Of a stretch of 64,000 nt of DNA, positions 12,543-23,218 are shown piece after piece; the first letter of the stretch is position 1; every line of letters starts with the position of its first letter. This DNA is from Terriglobia bacterium. GTDB taxonomy: Bacteria > Acidobacteriota > Terriglobia > JAJPHL01 > JAPKYU01. The stretch covers positions 704,001 through 768,000 of the forward strand of contig CBDBKE010000003.1 in the NCBI GenBank assembly GCA_965206645.1, written 5' to 3'. A program made the translations under genes and the position numbers. The notes under the pieces are model-generated. The model saw nothing but the letters and a program-made list of their open reading frames with translations. It had not been told where the DNA came from and did not search any database.

Positions 12543-12713
12543 CTAATCCCGGTCGACTTCCCGCAGCAGGTTTTTCTTGTGCTTGGGGGTCTTTCGTTTC
12601 CGCGTATCCGGAATGGGGCGGGAGGGAGGAGGCGTGCCCAGGCGCTCGCGCGCGATCGCCCGAACTTCTTTGCCAGAGCTGAACCGGCGGCGACGCCTAC
12701 CAGAACGAACCAT
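12543..12713 (-). CDS. Small basic hypothetical protein (56 aa)
   Basis: MVRSGRRRRRFSSGKEVRAIARERLGTPPPSRPIP...KHKK. Confidence 0.6.
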   Translation of the reverse strand: MVRSGRRRRRFSSGKEVRAIARERLGTPPPSRPIPDTRKRKTPKHKKNLLREVDRD

Positions 12714-12850
12714 CGGGTGATCCCAACATGAGGTGATCCCAACATGAACCGAGCGGTACGACAACTGTTTGCCCTTACCTGATCTTCGCGAGCCCTCGCC
12801 GAGGCTCACTCAATCGGCAATCAGCCCATCGGCAATGACTCAATCAGAGA

Positions 12851-12945
12851 TGGCGGAAGGTTATGGGAATCGAACCCATCGCTGCTCGTGAGAAACAGCC
12901 ACCGGCTTTGAAGGCCGGGCGAGTCACCAGACCCGATTACCTTCC
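12851..12945 (-). tRNA. selC: tRNA-Sec (anticodon UCA)
   Basis: Reverse complement GGAAGGTAATCGGGTCTGGTGACTCGCCCGGCCTTCAAAGCCGGTGGCTGTTTCTCACGAGCAGCGATGGGTTCGATTCCCATAACCTTCCGCCA: 95 nt, extended acceptor stem, anticodon arm CCGGC-CTTCAAA-GCCGG, long variable arm, TTCGA T-loop, encoded CCA. Confidence 0.96.
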
Positions 12946-12989
12946 AGGCCCAGTATAGCTCGATATCCGAAGGCGGCAGGCGGTGGCCG

Positions 12990-15464
12990 TCAACGAGAGG
13001 CAGTTCGTTCCAGAGCCCGCTCGGTGTACCGATACACCAGGTGGTTGGTGCATACTTCGTAGTAGCGCCGCTGGGTATACTCCTTCAAGCTGAAGGAGTG
13101 GGCATCCACAAAGGGAATCTGCGCTTCGCGCACCACCAGCCGCTGGAACACTTCGTTGGGCAAGGGGAAGGCACCACAGTGCAGCGTCACCTTTTCCGGC
13201 TGCCAGAGCAGGGGCATCTCCAGCTCGACCGGCTGGAGCGAAATCTCCTCTTGCAGTTTGTCAAACGCCTCCTCGCTCAGGCAAATCCCGGTGTTGTAGC
13301 GGACCAGGAACTCTTCCATGGCGCCTGCGGCGGCCTCTTCGGTGATGGTCTGGAACACGAACGCCCGGAAGAGCGACTGCTTGCTATCCAGCGCGCGGCG
13401 GGCCAGCTTGCTGCACCCGCTGAGCCGGTCGGCCAGGTTGATGGCCGAGGAGATCATGATCCGGGTCTCGCCGTCCAGCAGGTACATGGGCGTCGAGTTC
13501 TGCCAGCAGATTCCTATGCCAATCTCCAGCCGCGGCAAGTCCGCCTTCTCGGCCCTCGCATTGTACTGCTCGACCACGGCCATGATCTCCCGCGCCAAGC
13601 CACAGGCCCGGGCCACGGGATAACCGCCCAGCGCCGCACCTTATTTCTCGAACATTGCCAGAATCACCGCGTCGCCCTCAATGAACACCTTCTCACCGGC
13701 GTACTTGGGCAGCAGCTTGTTCAGCGGTTGGTAAAAGTTCAGACTGAAGTGGCTGGCCGGATTCAGGCCGCGGGCGAACAGGTCGGCGGTGAGCCGGGTG
13801 GAGTCACGCACGTCGGCTTTCAGAATCACGTGGCCTAGTATCTGTTCGCCCTGCGGCTTGTCCTCCGCCGGCAGCAGGAACTCGTACAGGGTGTTGTTGA
13901 TTCGGGAAAGCTGCCGGGTTTTTTCCTCAAATAGCAGGTTGACCCGCTCCATCAGGCCTTGCAGGGCCTGTAGTAGGCAATTGTCGCGGTGGTGCCGCAG
14001 GAAATCGCGAACGAAGCGAACGAGAAAGGCGCGGAGGTCACGTGGTTGATAGGTACGCACTCGCGCGGCGGCCTCTTCCAGGGTGCCTACGCTGGCCCGG
14101 GTCAGCTTGTAATGCGTGATCAGGTCGGTCACCTTCTTGAGTTCGGAAGGGTCCAGGAGGGCGCGTTTCAGTTGCTGCGGATGGATCGGCGGGCAGTAGT
14201 CCTGGTAGACGTTCGCCGTCTCGTAGGCGGCGGCGAAGCAGGGCAATAGCCCCAACTGCTGCGCTGCGTTATAAAATTCATCAACTAGCTGGCGCTGGAT
14301 CTCTAGCCTTTCCTTCAGGGCGCTCAGTTCTTTCCGCGGTGCCTTTCGCGCCTGCGCCTCAGCCAGCAGTTGCTCGGTGCGCACAGTACCGAGCAGCTGC
14401 TCCACATTTTCGGGGACGTTGAGCATCTCCGTCAGGTGCGCGTCGTAGGCTTCCGTCAACAGCCGCAGTTGTTCGGCCGACTGCCTCAGTTGTCTCTCCG
14501 GCTCCTCCAGGCGCCCCGCAAGATCGGGAGAGGCCGGAGGCGGGGTCTCGGGGCGGGGACCGAAGAGGCGTCCCAATCCCAATCCCAGCCCGCGCTCGGG
14601 AGGCTGGAGCTGGTCGCGCAGAGATGAGGTCCGGCTGGCCAATTGGTGATACTCCTGCTGACGGGTCTCCAGCTCGCGCGCCTCCGGTCCGACTGCGTCC
14701 ACCCCCTTGAGCATGGACTTCAGCCAGCGCTCCACGGATTCGTACAGGTCCGGGTCGCGGTGGAAGTTGCCCAACATGACGTACTTGGTTAGCTGAATGT
14801 AATCGTCACGGCCGGTTTCGGTGAACACCAACGGGTGAGAAAAGTAGGTGAACCAGGGACTGGCTTCGTCGCCGAAAAAGGATTCGCGCGTCTTGCGGAC
14901 CACACCAGCCTGCACTTCGTTAGCCAGCGACAGTAGTTCATTCGAAACGCGTCGGAAGACGTTCTTCTTGTCGGCCTGAAACTCGCTGAAGATTTCCTTC
15001 AGTTGGAAGGCGCGCAAGTTCCGATCGTGGCGCGGCCCTTCATACATCCGCAGCTTGTTCTTGCCCTCCATCTGGATGCGGCCGTACTGTTGCTGCACTT
15101 CCCAGCTCAGGTACTTGAAGAGGGCGACGTTTCCCAATAGGTCGATGTCGGGGTTGCGCGCCTCCTTGGCGTGACTGAGCGCACTGAGCAGTACCTCCTG
15201 CAACAGACGCTTGAATTCGTTGCGCTCCTGCGGCTTGGGCGGGCCCGGGTTCTGCTCCGCCAGCTCAGGCGCGCGGCTGTGCTTCATAAAGAGCTTGAGA
15301 ATGTAGCCCCTGGTGAAGCCGATGAAGCGGGAGCTCAGGTGGACGTCGTGGCGGACGTTGTCCACGCCCGGCACTAGCGATGGAAAGCGCAGGTCCGGCG
15401 CGGACCCGGCGAGGCGAACCGCCGCATACACGCGTTCCGGGCTGGAACGGGAGAACAGCGGCAT
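12990..15464 (-). pseudogene. Large protein with C-terminal class III nucleotide-cyclase-like domain, interrupted by an in-frame TAA at 13641-13643
   Basis: ORFs 13641-15464 and 12990-13616 share a frame (MFEK*GAALGGYPVARAC). Cyclase-like motifs KADVRDST and FIEGDAVI precede the stop; IGIGI and AINLADRL follow it. Confidence 0.75.
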
Positions 15465-15872
15465 CGTTTCGGCAGTCTAGCAGAAAAACCGCGACCGGAG
15501 AGCAACAGAACACTGAGGGCCAAGTTCAAGTTGGAACCGGGAAGCTATGGTTTAGCCAGCGCTTCCTTGTTGCCAGCCATCCTTGCCAGCCCATCACACA
15601 CAGTGAGTTGCACCAAGCCAAAGAGATGGGAAAAATAGGGGTGCGCGGGAGAGTGATTTCCCGCCCGCAAGAACCCGTGATGGGGACGTGATCGAAATTG
15701 CCAGGGTCAAACTGCCGTTCAGTTTAAGAAAGTAGAGTCGAACACTCACTCACTCGCCCACCAGCCACGCGAACTAGCTCCGCACACAGCATTCTGCTGA
15801 AGGATCCCCGACGGATCGGGGGGCCACCAGTGATGGCGGCCCTGTCATCGAAGCAGCTCTGCCCGGGGCCGG

Positions 15873-16055
15873 CTATGAGGCTCGAAACAGCAGCGGACGT
15901 GCGCGGATGGCTTCCCCCGCTGCCTCCAGAGCCGCAAGTTCGCTGTCCATCACCGCAAGCCGCCGGGAAAAGCCGGCGCAACTCCAGCAAGCGGCTCGCT
16001 TCATCTCATCCCGCGTCATCAGGAGTTCTCCGCAGGCGCATTGGTTTGGTTTCAT
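15873..16055 (-). CDS. Small Cys-rich (CxC...CxxC) putative zinc-binding protein, 60 aa
   Basis: Strong RBS GGAGGT 5 nt before ATG; MKPNQCACGE...AACWSC. Confidence 0.55.
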   Translation of the reverse strand: MKPNQCACGELLMTRDEMKRAACWSCAGFSRRLAVMDSELAALEAAGEAIRARPLLFRAS

Positions 16056-16204
16056 CTTTCACCTCCAACGCCTGCAAAGATATGCGCGCTCCACCCGACT
16101 GGCAATAGAACGCCCGTCTCATTTTGCGTGGAACTGCAGTACTGAGCCCGCCCACCCCGATGGTACTGCGTGTCCTAGCTGGCCCGAACCGCGCTGGCTC
16201 CCGC

Positions 16205-16750
<546 letters not shown>

Positions 16751-16928
16751 ATGCCTACCTCCAGTTTCTTGCAATTTCGGGATTCGCACAGGATTCCGTC
16801 CATGCGTTCGTTCCTTGCACGACCCCCGAATTATGCACCTAAATCCTGGCTTCGTCCAGTTTCTGGTAGCGGACACTCCAGTGCGGCAAGCGTCCTGCAT
16901 GGGCGGTGCGAGTTTACGGCTTTCCATC

Positions 16929-16957
16929 TTGACACCACGAGGACCCGAAGCTAGGAT
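16929..16957 (+). promoter_or_regulatory. Near-consensus sigma70 promoter
   Basis: TTGACA (16929-34), 17 nt spacer, TAGGAT (16952-57). Confidence 0.7.
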
Positions 16958-16963
16958 GCCCCT

Positions 16964-17160
16964 ACACGAGAAAGGAGGTGGTCGATGTTGCAGGATTCAT
17001 TATGTAGGGCCCGTGAGGTGGTCGCGCCTTAAGGCGGAATTTGCCTCAGAGCCGTCGTGTTTTCTTTCTGCTTGCCTGTGGCTGTAAAATTCCGCCCCAG
17101 GTAGTCTCACGCGGCTACCGGCGCCGGGCAGAAGGGGTCGGCCCTTCGGCCCGGCGTTTT
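16964..17160 (+). ncRNA. Putative ~195-nt structured small RNA carrying a 15-codon ORF (16985-17032, MLQDSLCRAREVVAP)
   Basis: Lies between the promoter and the terminator. SD AAAGGAGGTG; stems 17033-42/17087-96, 17100-06/17113-19 and 17122-56. Confidence 0.55.
17122..17160 (+). terminator. Intrinsic terminator-like hairpin (may also terminate the convergent mla operon)
   Basis: CGCCGGGC-A-GAAGGG-GTCGG-CCCTTC-G-GCCCGGCG followed by TTTT. Confidence 0.65.
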
Positions 17161-17267
17161 GCTTCTATCAGGGTGCTGGAAAACTAGCGGCTGGGGCCGC
17201 CCAGAACCGCTTGCTGACGCGCGCAGTTCCTTAACTGTAACCACTTGCCAAGCCGCAACCCACTGAT

Positions 17268-18341
17268 CTAAAACAGCTTGAACTTGATGGTCAGATACTT
17301 TTTCGGGTCCTTCCGGAAGTCGGCGATCAGGCCGCGCATCTCCAGGCTGAAGGTATTAACGTTCTCATAAAAAGCCTGGTCATGAAGGAACCTGCCGAAG
17401 GAACCCTCACCGCGTTCCAGCCGGGCGGCGATCTTGTCAATACGGTCCATCGCGGAATTGGCTCGGTTGTAAAACGACTCGTCCTTCAACAGCCGGCCGA
17501 CCGTCCCACGCCCAGCGTTCACGTCAGTTACCACACGATTGGCCCGGGTCATCAACTGGTCGGCGTTTTCGTAGAGCCCGGGATCATAGATGAACCTGCC
17601 CAAGGAACCCTTGCCCTCGTGCACTTCGTCAAGCACTCCGTCCACTTTCGTCACGCTGCTTCGGATCTCGTTGTACAGATCCTCGGTCATGAGCAGCTTG
17701 CCCAGGGTCCCCTTTCCCGCAGCAGCATTGGCAATTAGAAGGCGCGCGTCATTCACGGTCTGGTCCGCCTTCCGCCACAGCGCCTCGTCGTAGAGGAGCT
17801 TTCCCAGACTGCCTTCTCCGGACTCGACCTGCTCTATAACGCGGTCCACACGCCCCGCGATGCGGTTGAGTTTGGTCATTGCGTCGGCGCCCGTAGCTAG
17901 GACCTCACTGAGTTCCGGGGTTTCCTTGAGCTTGATCTCCCCGCCGGCCTGGATCAGCGGCTGCCCGGGACTACCCCGCGTAATATTGACGAAGCGTTGG
18001 CCCAGCAGCCCTTCGGCATCCAGCCTGGCCAGGGAGTCGGTGCGCAGTTCCTGCTGATACTTGCGCAGGATGCGCATGACCACCTCCACTGAGCGGTCGG
18101 TCTCGTGGCTGCCAGAGATGCGGATTTCCGCCACGTTGCCCACGTCAATGCCGGTCAGGCGCACCGGGTCGCCGGTCTTCAGCCCGGCGGCGTCCGCCAT
18201 GAAGACGCTGATGAGATATTTGCGCTCCAACAGGCCTTCGCCGGTCATCAGGAAGACCACGGTGGCAAAAATGATCAGGCTGGTCAGGACCAACAGGCCA
18301 ACGCGCAGTTGGGTCCACTGAAGTTGCTTGGGTTGCGGCAT
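17268..18341 (-). CDS. mlaD: MCE/MlaD family protein
   Basis: N-terminal TM, AAGLKTGDPVRLTGIDVGNV, GLLGQRFVNI, repeated G(T/S)LGKLL helical segments. Confidence 0.92.
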   Translation of the reverse strand: MPQPKQLQWTQLRVGLLVLTSLIIFATVVFLMTGEGLLERKYLISVFMADAAGLKTGDPVRLTGIDVGNVAEIRISGSHETDRSVEVVMRILRKYQQELRTDSLARLDAEGLLGQRFVNITRGSPGQPLIQAGGEIKLKETPELSEVLATGADAMTKLNRIAGRVDRVIEQVESGEGSLGKLLYDEALWRKADQTVNDARLLIANAAAGKGTLGKLLMTEDLYNEIRSSVTKVDGVLDEVHEGKGSLGRFIYDPGLYENADQLMTRANRVVTDVNAGRGTVGRLLKDESFYNRANSAMDRIDKIAARLERGEGSFGRFLHDQAFYENVNTFSLEMRGLIADFRKDPKKYLTIKFKLF

Positions 18342-18359
18342 GGGACCTCCTCAAGGAAA

Positions 18360-19175
18360 CTACAAGACAAATTTTCGCACGTATGAGTCCTGCGAGCGAA
18401 ACAGTTCCTGATGGCTGCCGTCGAAGACGATTTCGCCTTCGCGCAGGACCAAGAACGAAGTGTTGGTGTCCACCTGTCGACCGTCGGAATCAGCGGGCAG
18501 CAGGCGACCAGCCGTTTCATCAAAATAGTAGTTGGCCACCACGTCGGCGTCCTGGAGGCGGTGCGTCACCAGCAGGCTGCTGACGTCCTGCAGGTCGCCC
18601 AGCCGGATGATCAACGAGACGATGGTGCGGCTGGTGACCGGGTCCAGGCCGCCGGTGGGCGAATCGTAGAGCATCAGCGGCGGCTCGCCGACGAAAGCCC
18701 GAGCAATCGCCACCCGGCGGCGCATGCCCCCGGACAGCTCCGAGGTCAGTTTTTGCATGGCGTCTTCCAGGTCCACAAAGCACAGCGCCTGGCGCACCCG
18801 TCGCTCCTCCTCCTCGGGCGGTAGGGCCCGGTCCCCCTGGAAGACGTAGCCGACGTTCTCGGCCACACTGAGCGAGTCGAACAGCGCGCTTTCCTGGAAC
18901 ACCATGCCGATTTTCCCGCGGATGGGATACAGCTCCCGCTCACGCAACTCCGTGATGTCCTGTCCAAACACCGAGACGCGACCCGAATCGGGACGGAACA
19001 GCCCCAGCGCCGTCTTCAGCAATACCGATTTTCCCGAGGCCGTGGCTCCCAGTAGCACCTTGGTTTCACTGCGCGCGAGCCGGAAGCTGATGTTGCGCAG
19101 CACGGGCGCATCGTCCAGGGTCAGTCGGACCCGGTCGAACTCCAGCATCACCTCCGAACTGCGCTTCAGCGCCAC
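18360..19175 (-). CDS. mlaF: Mla-type ABC transporter ATPase
   Basis: GATASGKS, VFQESALFDSL, LSGGMRRRV, YDSPTGGLDP, VTH. Confidence 0.9.
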   Translation of the reverse strand: MALKRSSEVMLEFDRVRLTLDDAPVLRNISFRLARSETKVLLGATASGKSVLLKTALGLFRPDSGRVSVFGQDITELRERELYPIRGKIGMVFQESALFDSLSVAENVGYVFQGDRALPPEEEERRVRQALCFVDLEDAMQKLTSELSGGMRRRVAIARAFVGEPPLMLYDSPTGGLDPVTSRTIVSLIIRLGDLQDVSSLLVTHRLQDADVVANYYFDETAGRLLPADSDGRQVDTNTSFLVLREGEIVFDGSHQELFRSQDSYVRKFVL

Positions 19176-19954
19176 TACATGACGGCCAGGAGGAACTTGG
19201 TAATGAAGAAATCGGTAGCCAGGATCAGCACCGAAGCGGCCACCACCGCCTGGGTCGTCGAGCGTCCCACCCCCTCGGTGCCGCCACGGGTGGTCAGTCC
19301 GAAATAACAGCCCACCACGGAGATGATGAAACCGAAGACGAACGGCTTCACCAGGCCCTGGAACACGTCTTCGAATTCCAGGGCCTGATAGGCGCTGGTC
19401 CAGTACTGGATCGGGTCCATTCGGATGATGAAGAAGGAGACCACGAAGCCGCCGACCAGACCCACGAAATCGGCGATCACCGTCAGCAGCGGCAACATCG
19501 TCACTGTAGCCACCACCCGAGGGGTCACCAGTTTCTTGCTGGGGTCGGTGCCCAGGGCGCGCATGGCGTCTATCTGCTCGCTCACCACCATGGAGCCCAG
19601 CTCACTGGCCATGCCAGAACTGTTGCGCCCGGCCACCATCAACGCCGTCAGAACCGGTCCCAGCTCTTTGACTAGCGACAGGGCCACCAGTTGACCGGCG
19701 AGGGAGACAGCGCCGAAAGTTTGCAGCATCTGGGAGGTCTGCAACGCCAGCACCGCCCCGGTGAAGAACCCGGCCAGGATCGCAATAGGCAGCGAGCCTA
19801 CACCGATGATGTCCATCTGGACCAGAATGTCGGCCCAATAACGGGGGCGGGAGAAGAGGTTTCCGATGGCCCGCGCGCCCAGAAAGGTGAACTCCTGGAC
19901 GGCGAAGACTTTGCCTTTGGCAAAATCGGCAGGCAGGGTGAAGATGCGGTTCAA
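19175..19954 (-). CDS. mlaE: Mla-type ABC transporter permease (start uncertain)
   Basis: [42 protein letters not shown]. Confidence 0.92.
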   Translation of the reverse strand: MNRIFTLPADFAKGKVFAVQEFTFLGARAIGNLFSRPRYWADILVQMDIIGVGSLPIAILAGFFTGAVLALQTSQMLQTFGAVSLAGQLVALSLVKELGPVLTALMVAGRNSSGMASELGSMVVSEQIDAMRALGTDPSKKLVTPRVVATVTMLPLLTVIADFVGLVGGFVVSFFIIRMDPIQYWTSAYQALEFEDVFQGLVKPFVFGFIISVVGCYFGLTTRGGTEGVGRSTTQAVVAASVLILATDFFITKFLLAVM

Positions 19955-20059
19955 GGTGATTCGTTTTTTCTCACCGCGCGGCTTCCAAATTCCAATGTAA
20001 CACAAACTGCCCGCTCCGACGCACGCGCTCCCAGCGGTACAATAGAATGCCAACGCGCG

Positions 20060-21199
20060 ATGAGTACCCCTATCCTAGGCATCGAGTCCTCTTGCGATGA
20101 GACGGCAGCCGCGGTCGTCGAACAGGGGTCGCGCGTGCTCTCCAATGTAGTGGCATCGCAGATCGCCACTCATCAGCCCTATGGCGGAGTGGTGCCCGAA
20201 CTGGCGTCGCGAGAGCACCTGAAGGCCATCGTGCCGATCGTCGGCAGGGCATTGGCGGAAGCCGGAATCGGCTGCGACGGGCTGGAGGCGGTCGCCGTCA
20301 CCCAGGGGCCCGGACTGGTCGGCTCCTTGCTGGTGGGGGTGACTTACGGCAAGGCGTTGGCCTTCTCGCGGAGCTTGCCGTTGATCAGCGTCAACCACCT
20401 GGAAGGCCACATCCACGCGGTGCTGCTAGAGCAGCGACTGGCGGGCAGCCCGGAGGTGGAGTTGCCGGCTCTGGCCCTGGTCGTCAGCGGCGGCCACACT
20501 CTAACTTGCCTGGTGGAGCGGGAGAGTGGCCGCTTCCGGTACCCGGTGCTGGGCAGGACCCGCGACGATGCAGCCGGCGAAGCCTTCGACAAAGTGGCTA
20601 AGCTTCTGGGGCTCGGCTATCCGGGCGGCCCAGTCATTGACCGCCTGGCTGCTCACGGCAATCCCCACGCGGTGCGCTTCACCCCGCCAAAGATCAAGGG
20701 CAACTCACTGGATTTTAGCTTCAGCGGCATCAAGACTGCCGTGCTGCGCTATGTGGAATCCCATGCGCTGGCCGCGGAAATCGAGCGCCGCCGCGTCCGG
20801 CTCGAGCGCCAACCCCTGGCCCCGATTGAATCTTTCCTGAAGCTCCCGACTGAATCTTTTCTGGAGCTATCGAGCCCGACCACGCTGGATCTGGTGGCCA
20901 GCTTCCAGCACTCTGTGGTCGAGCAACTGGTGGAGCGCACACTGGCTGCCGCCCAACTGCGCGACGTGCGCGCGATCATTGTTTCGGGCGGCGTGGCCTG
21001 CAATTCCCTGCTGCGCGCGCGCTTCCAGCAGCTCCCTGGCAACCGGCGGATTCCCGTGTTCTTCCCCAGCATGGCCCTTTCCACCGACAACGCAGTGATG
21101 ATCGCTGCGGCCGCCTATCCCAAGTTTCTGGCCCAGGATTTCGCCGGCTTCGACCTGCCCGCAGAGCCGGGCTTGCCGCTGGACGGAAGCGGCGGCTGA
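20060..21199 (+). CDS. tsaD: tRNA N6-adenosine threonylcarbamoyltransferase
   Basis: [58 protein letters not shown]. Confidence 0.97.
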   Translation: MSTPILGIESSCDETAAAVVEQGSRVLSNVVASQIATHQPYGGVVPELASREHLKAIVPIVGRALAEAGIGCDGLEAVAVTQGPGLVGSLLVGVTYGKALAFSRSLPLISVNHLEGHIHAVLLEQRLAGSPEVELPALALVVSGGHTLTCLVERESGRFRYPVLGRTRDDAAGEAFDKVAKLLGLGYPGGPVIDRLAAHGNPHAVRFTPPKIKGNSLDFSFSGIKTAVLRYVESHALAAEIERRRVRLERQPLAPIESFLKLPTESFLELSSPTTLDLVASFQHSVVEQLVERTLAAAQLRDVRAIIVSGGVACNSLLRARFQQLPGNRRIPVFFPSMALSTDNAVMIAAAAYPKFLAQDFAGFDLPAEPGLPLDGSGG

Positions 21200-21244
21200 T
21201 GGGCAGCCCTGGCGACGGGTGCCTTTTGGGGCGGCGATGCGTGC

Positions 21245-21568
21245 TTATTTGGCGCGGAACACGACCCAGGAGAAGACGATCGCAGCCAGGACGCTAATGA
21301 TCAGAAAGATTCCAGTGGGGATGAAGTTTCCGGTCTTGGCTACCCGCATGGAGAAATTGACCGTCAGCAACAGCGCCGCCACCGAAGCGATGGCAAACCC
21401 CGGCCGTGGGCGGGTGCGGGACACGGCGAAGGCGCCCAGCAGCACGATCGCGCTGCCGAAGCCCCCGATGAGGGAGGCGGTGCTTCCGGCGGCGCGGTAG
21501 CCCATGATGCCGCCGATCACCGTCAACGCAGCGTAAGTCAGAAGAGCAATCGTCGCAAATCTGGTCAT
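21245..21568 (-). CDS. TMEM14 family small membrane protein
   Basis: YAALTVIGGIMGYRAAGSTASLIGG...KTGNFIPTG; 3-4 TM helices. Confidence 0.85.
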   Translation of the reverse strand: MTRFATIALLTYAALTVIGGIMGYRAAGSTASLIGGFGSAIVLLGAFAVSRTRPRPGFAIASVAALLLTVNFSMRVAKTGNFIPTGIFLIISVLAAIVFSWVVFRAK

Positions 21569-21586
21569 TGCCTGACTCTAATACTA

Positions 21587-23218
21587 TCAACGAATCGCCA
21601 CATTGACTTGGTTGCTGGTTACTCCTTCTACCGCAAGCGTCAGCGGAATTTCATCTCCGGTTGGCGCCAGCGAAGGCACACTCAGGTTGACCTGGCACAC
21701 CCCTGCGAAACCGGGCGCCAGCCCGGAAAACAGCACCGGCGCCGGAGTACCGCCTAGCATGGCCGTGACGGGCAGGGTGCTGGTCGTCAGGGGCAGAGCG
21801 GGTGCGGCCTGGCCTGCTTCGACTGGCGGCTGCACCGGTCCCAACCCGGCAGCAAACACAGCCAATACCTCGCCTGGCGTTGCCGGGGAGGAGTCGGTCA
21901 CCGGTTGGAAGGTGCTGTTGTGCAGCACCGCGCCGGCGAAGATGCCCGGCGCGGCTTGCTCCACGGTCACGTCGAATGTCGCGCCGTCACTCCGCGCATT
22001 GCGTAGCTGCACGGCAACCGTTCCCGTCGCGTTAAATGGCAACTGGAAGTTGACCTGGCTTTCACTGACGAAGAGCAGAGGGGCCGGCTGCCCGTTCACC
22101 CAGACGCTCGCCTCAAACAGGGAATCGGGCAAGGGGAATCGGGAGGCTTGAGCCGACGCATCCGCCAGCGCCGTCCCGAACAGAGAGACCAGGCCCCCGG
22201 CCGTCAGGCGCGGCTGAAAGGAAGCGGCGTCCACGACCCCTGCTTCGGTCGCCTCCGGTGGTCGGTCCGGCGGGAAGAAGAACACCTCGTTAACGGCGGA
22301 GGTGGACAACCCGGCGCGCGTGCCGCCGCCGGGGGCGTACAAGCGGCCGTTCAGCGCCACTCCATAGAAGCCGTGCCGCGGAGTGGGCAGCGGCGCCAGC
22401 GGCTGCCAGGTATTAGTGGCCGGCTCGTACTCCTCGTTCTCCTGAAACGTGCCGCCGGGTTGGGTGGAAGTTTCTCCTCCCAGCACCTGGATCCGCGCGC
22501 GCAGCGTGCCGGAAGCGATTCCGCTGCGCGGGGTCGGCATCGGCGCCACCGGTGTCCAGGTATTCGACTGCGGGTCGTACATCTCCACGGCTCCTGTCAG
22601 CGGAGGGCGGCCGCCAATGGCGTAGAATTTGCCGTCCAGCGCCTGCGCGGTGAGGTGGTTGCGCGGGGTCGGCATGGGAGGCAGCTCCGTCCAGGTGTTC
22701 GTTGCAGGGTCGAAGACGGCAAACTCCGCCACCGTGAGGCCGCCGCGCTGCCCCCCTGCGACATAGATTTTTCCACCCAATTCCGCAGTGCCGGCGGCGC
22801 CGCGGGCCGTCGGCAACGGCGCCTTTTCCGTCCAGGAGCTGGTGGCGGGATCGAACTCAAACGTCCTCGCAGTGGCCCGGCCCTGGACAATGGCCAGCCC
22901 GCCCAGTACGTAAAGCTTGCCGGCGGCGGCGGCCACGTTGGGGTGATCTATGCCACCTTCCAGGGGCAGGGGCGGGCCCAGGGTCCAACTGTCCAGGAAC
23001 GGATCATAGATTTGCAGCGTGGTGCTGGGCGCCCCGGTGATGGTCAGGCCTCCCACGACGTAGATCCTTCCCCCTACCGCGGCGGTCCCCACTTCGCTCA
23101 AGGGAACCGGCATCGGGCTGCGCGGCGCCCACATTCCTCCCGTCTGCTGGCTCGGCATTCTTGGGACCACTAAAAGGAGGAGAGAGAGGAGGAGAAGTCC
23201 AAGACGCCGGGGGTTCAT
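21587..23218 (-). CDS. Secreted Kelch-repeat beta-propeller with Acidobacterial TIGR03437-like C-terminal domain
   Basis: About six Kelch repeats (IYVVGG...YDP...W), then VDAASF, LVSLFG, PLLFVSESQVNFQLP, APGIF, FSGLAPGFAGVCQVN. Confidence 0.88.
   Translation of the reverse strand: MNPRRLGLLLLSLLLLVVPRMPSQQTGGMWAPRSPMPVPLSEVGTAAVGGRIYVVGGLTITGAPSTTLQIYDPFLDSWTLGPPLPLEGGIDHPNVAAAAGKLYVLGGLAIVQGRATARTFEFDPATSSWTEKAPLPTARGAAGTAELGGKIYVAGGQRGGLTVAEFAVFDPATNTWTELPPMPTPRNHLTAQALDGKFYAIGGRPPLTGAVEMYDPQSNTWTPVAPMPTPRSGIASGTLRARIQVLGGETSTQPGGTFQENEEYEPATNTWQPLAPLPTPRHGFYGVALNGRLYAPGGGTRAGLSTSAVNEVFFFPPDRPPEATEAGVVDAASFQPRLTAGGLVSLFGTALADASAQASRFPLPDSLFEASVWVNGQPAPLLFVSESQVNFQLPFNATGTVAVQLRNARSDGATFDVTVEQAAPGIFAGAVLHNSTFQPVTDSSPATPGEVLAVFAAGLGPVQPPVEAGQAAPALPLTTSTLPVTAMLGGTPAPVLFSGLAPGFAGVCQVNLSVPSLAPTGDEIPLTLAVEGVTSNQVNVAIR

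Noticed and set aside
12851-12945. tRNA-Sec as an integration site for an island
   Set aside because: No integrase gene and no duplicated tRNA 3' end seen in the window
13641-13643. Programmed recoding of the cyclase-like gene stop
   Set aside because: The codon is TAA, not TGA or TAG; all other genes use the standard code; a point mutation or sequencing error is simpler
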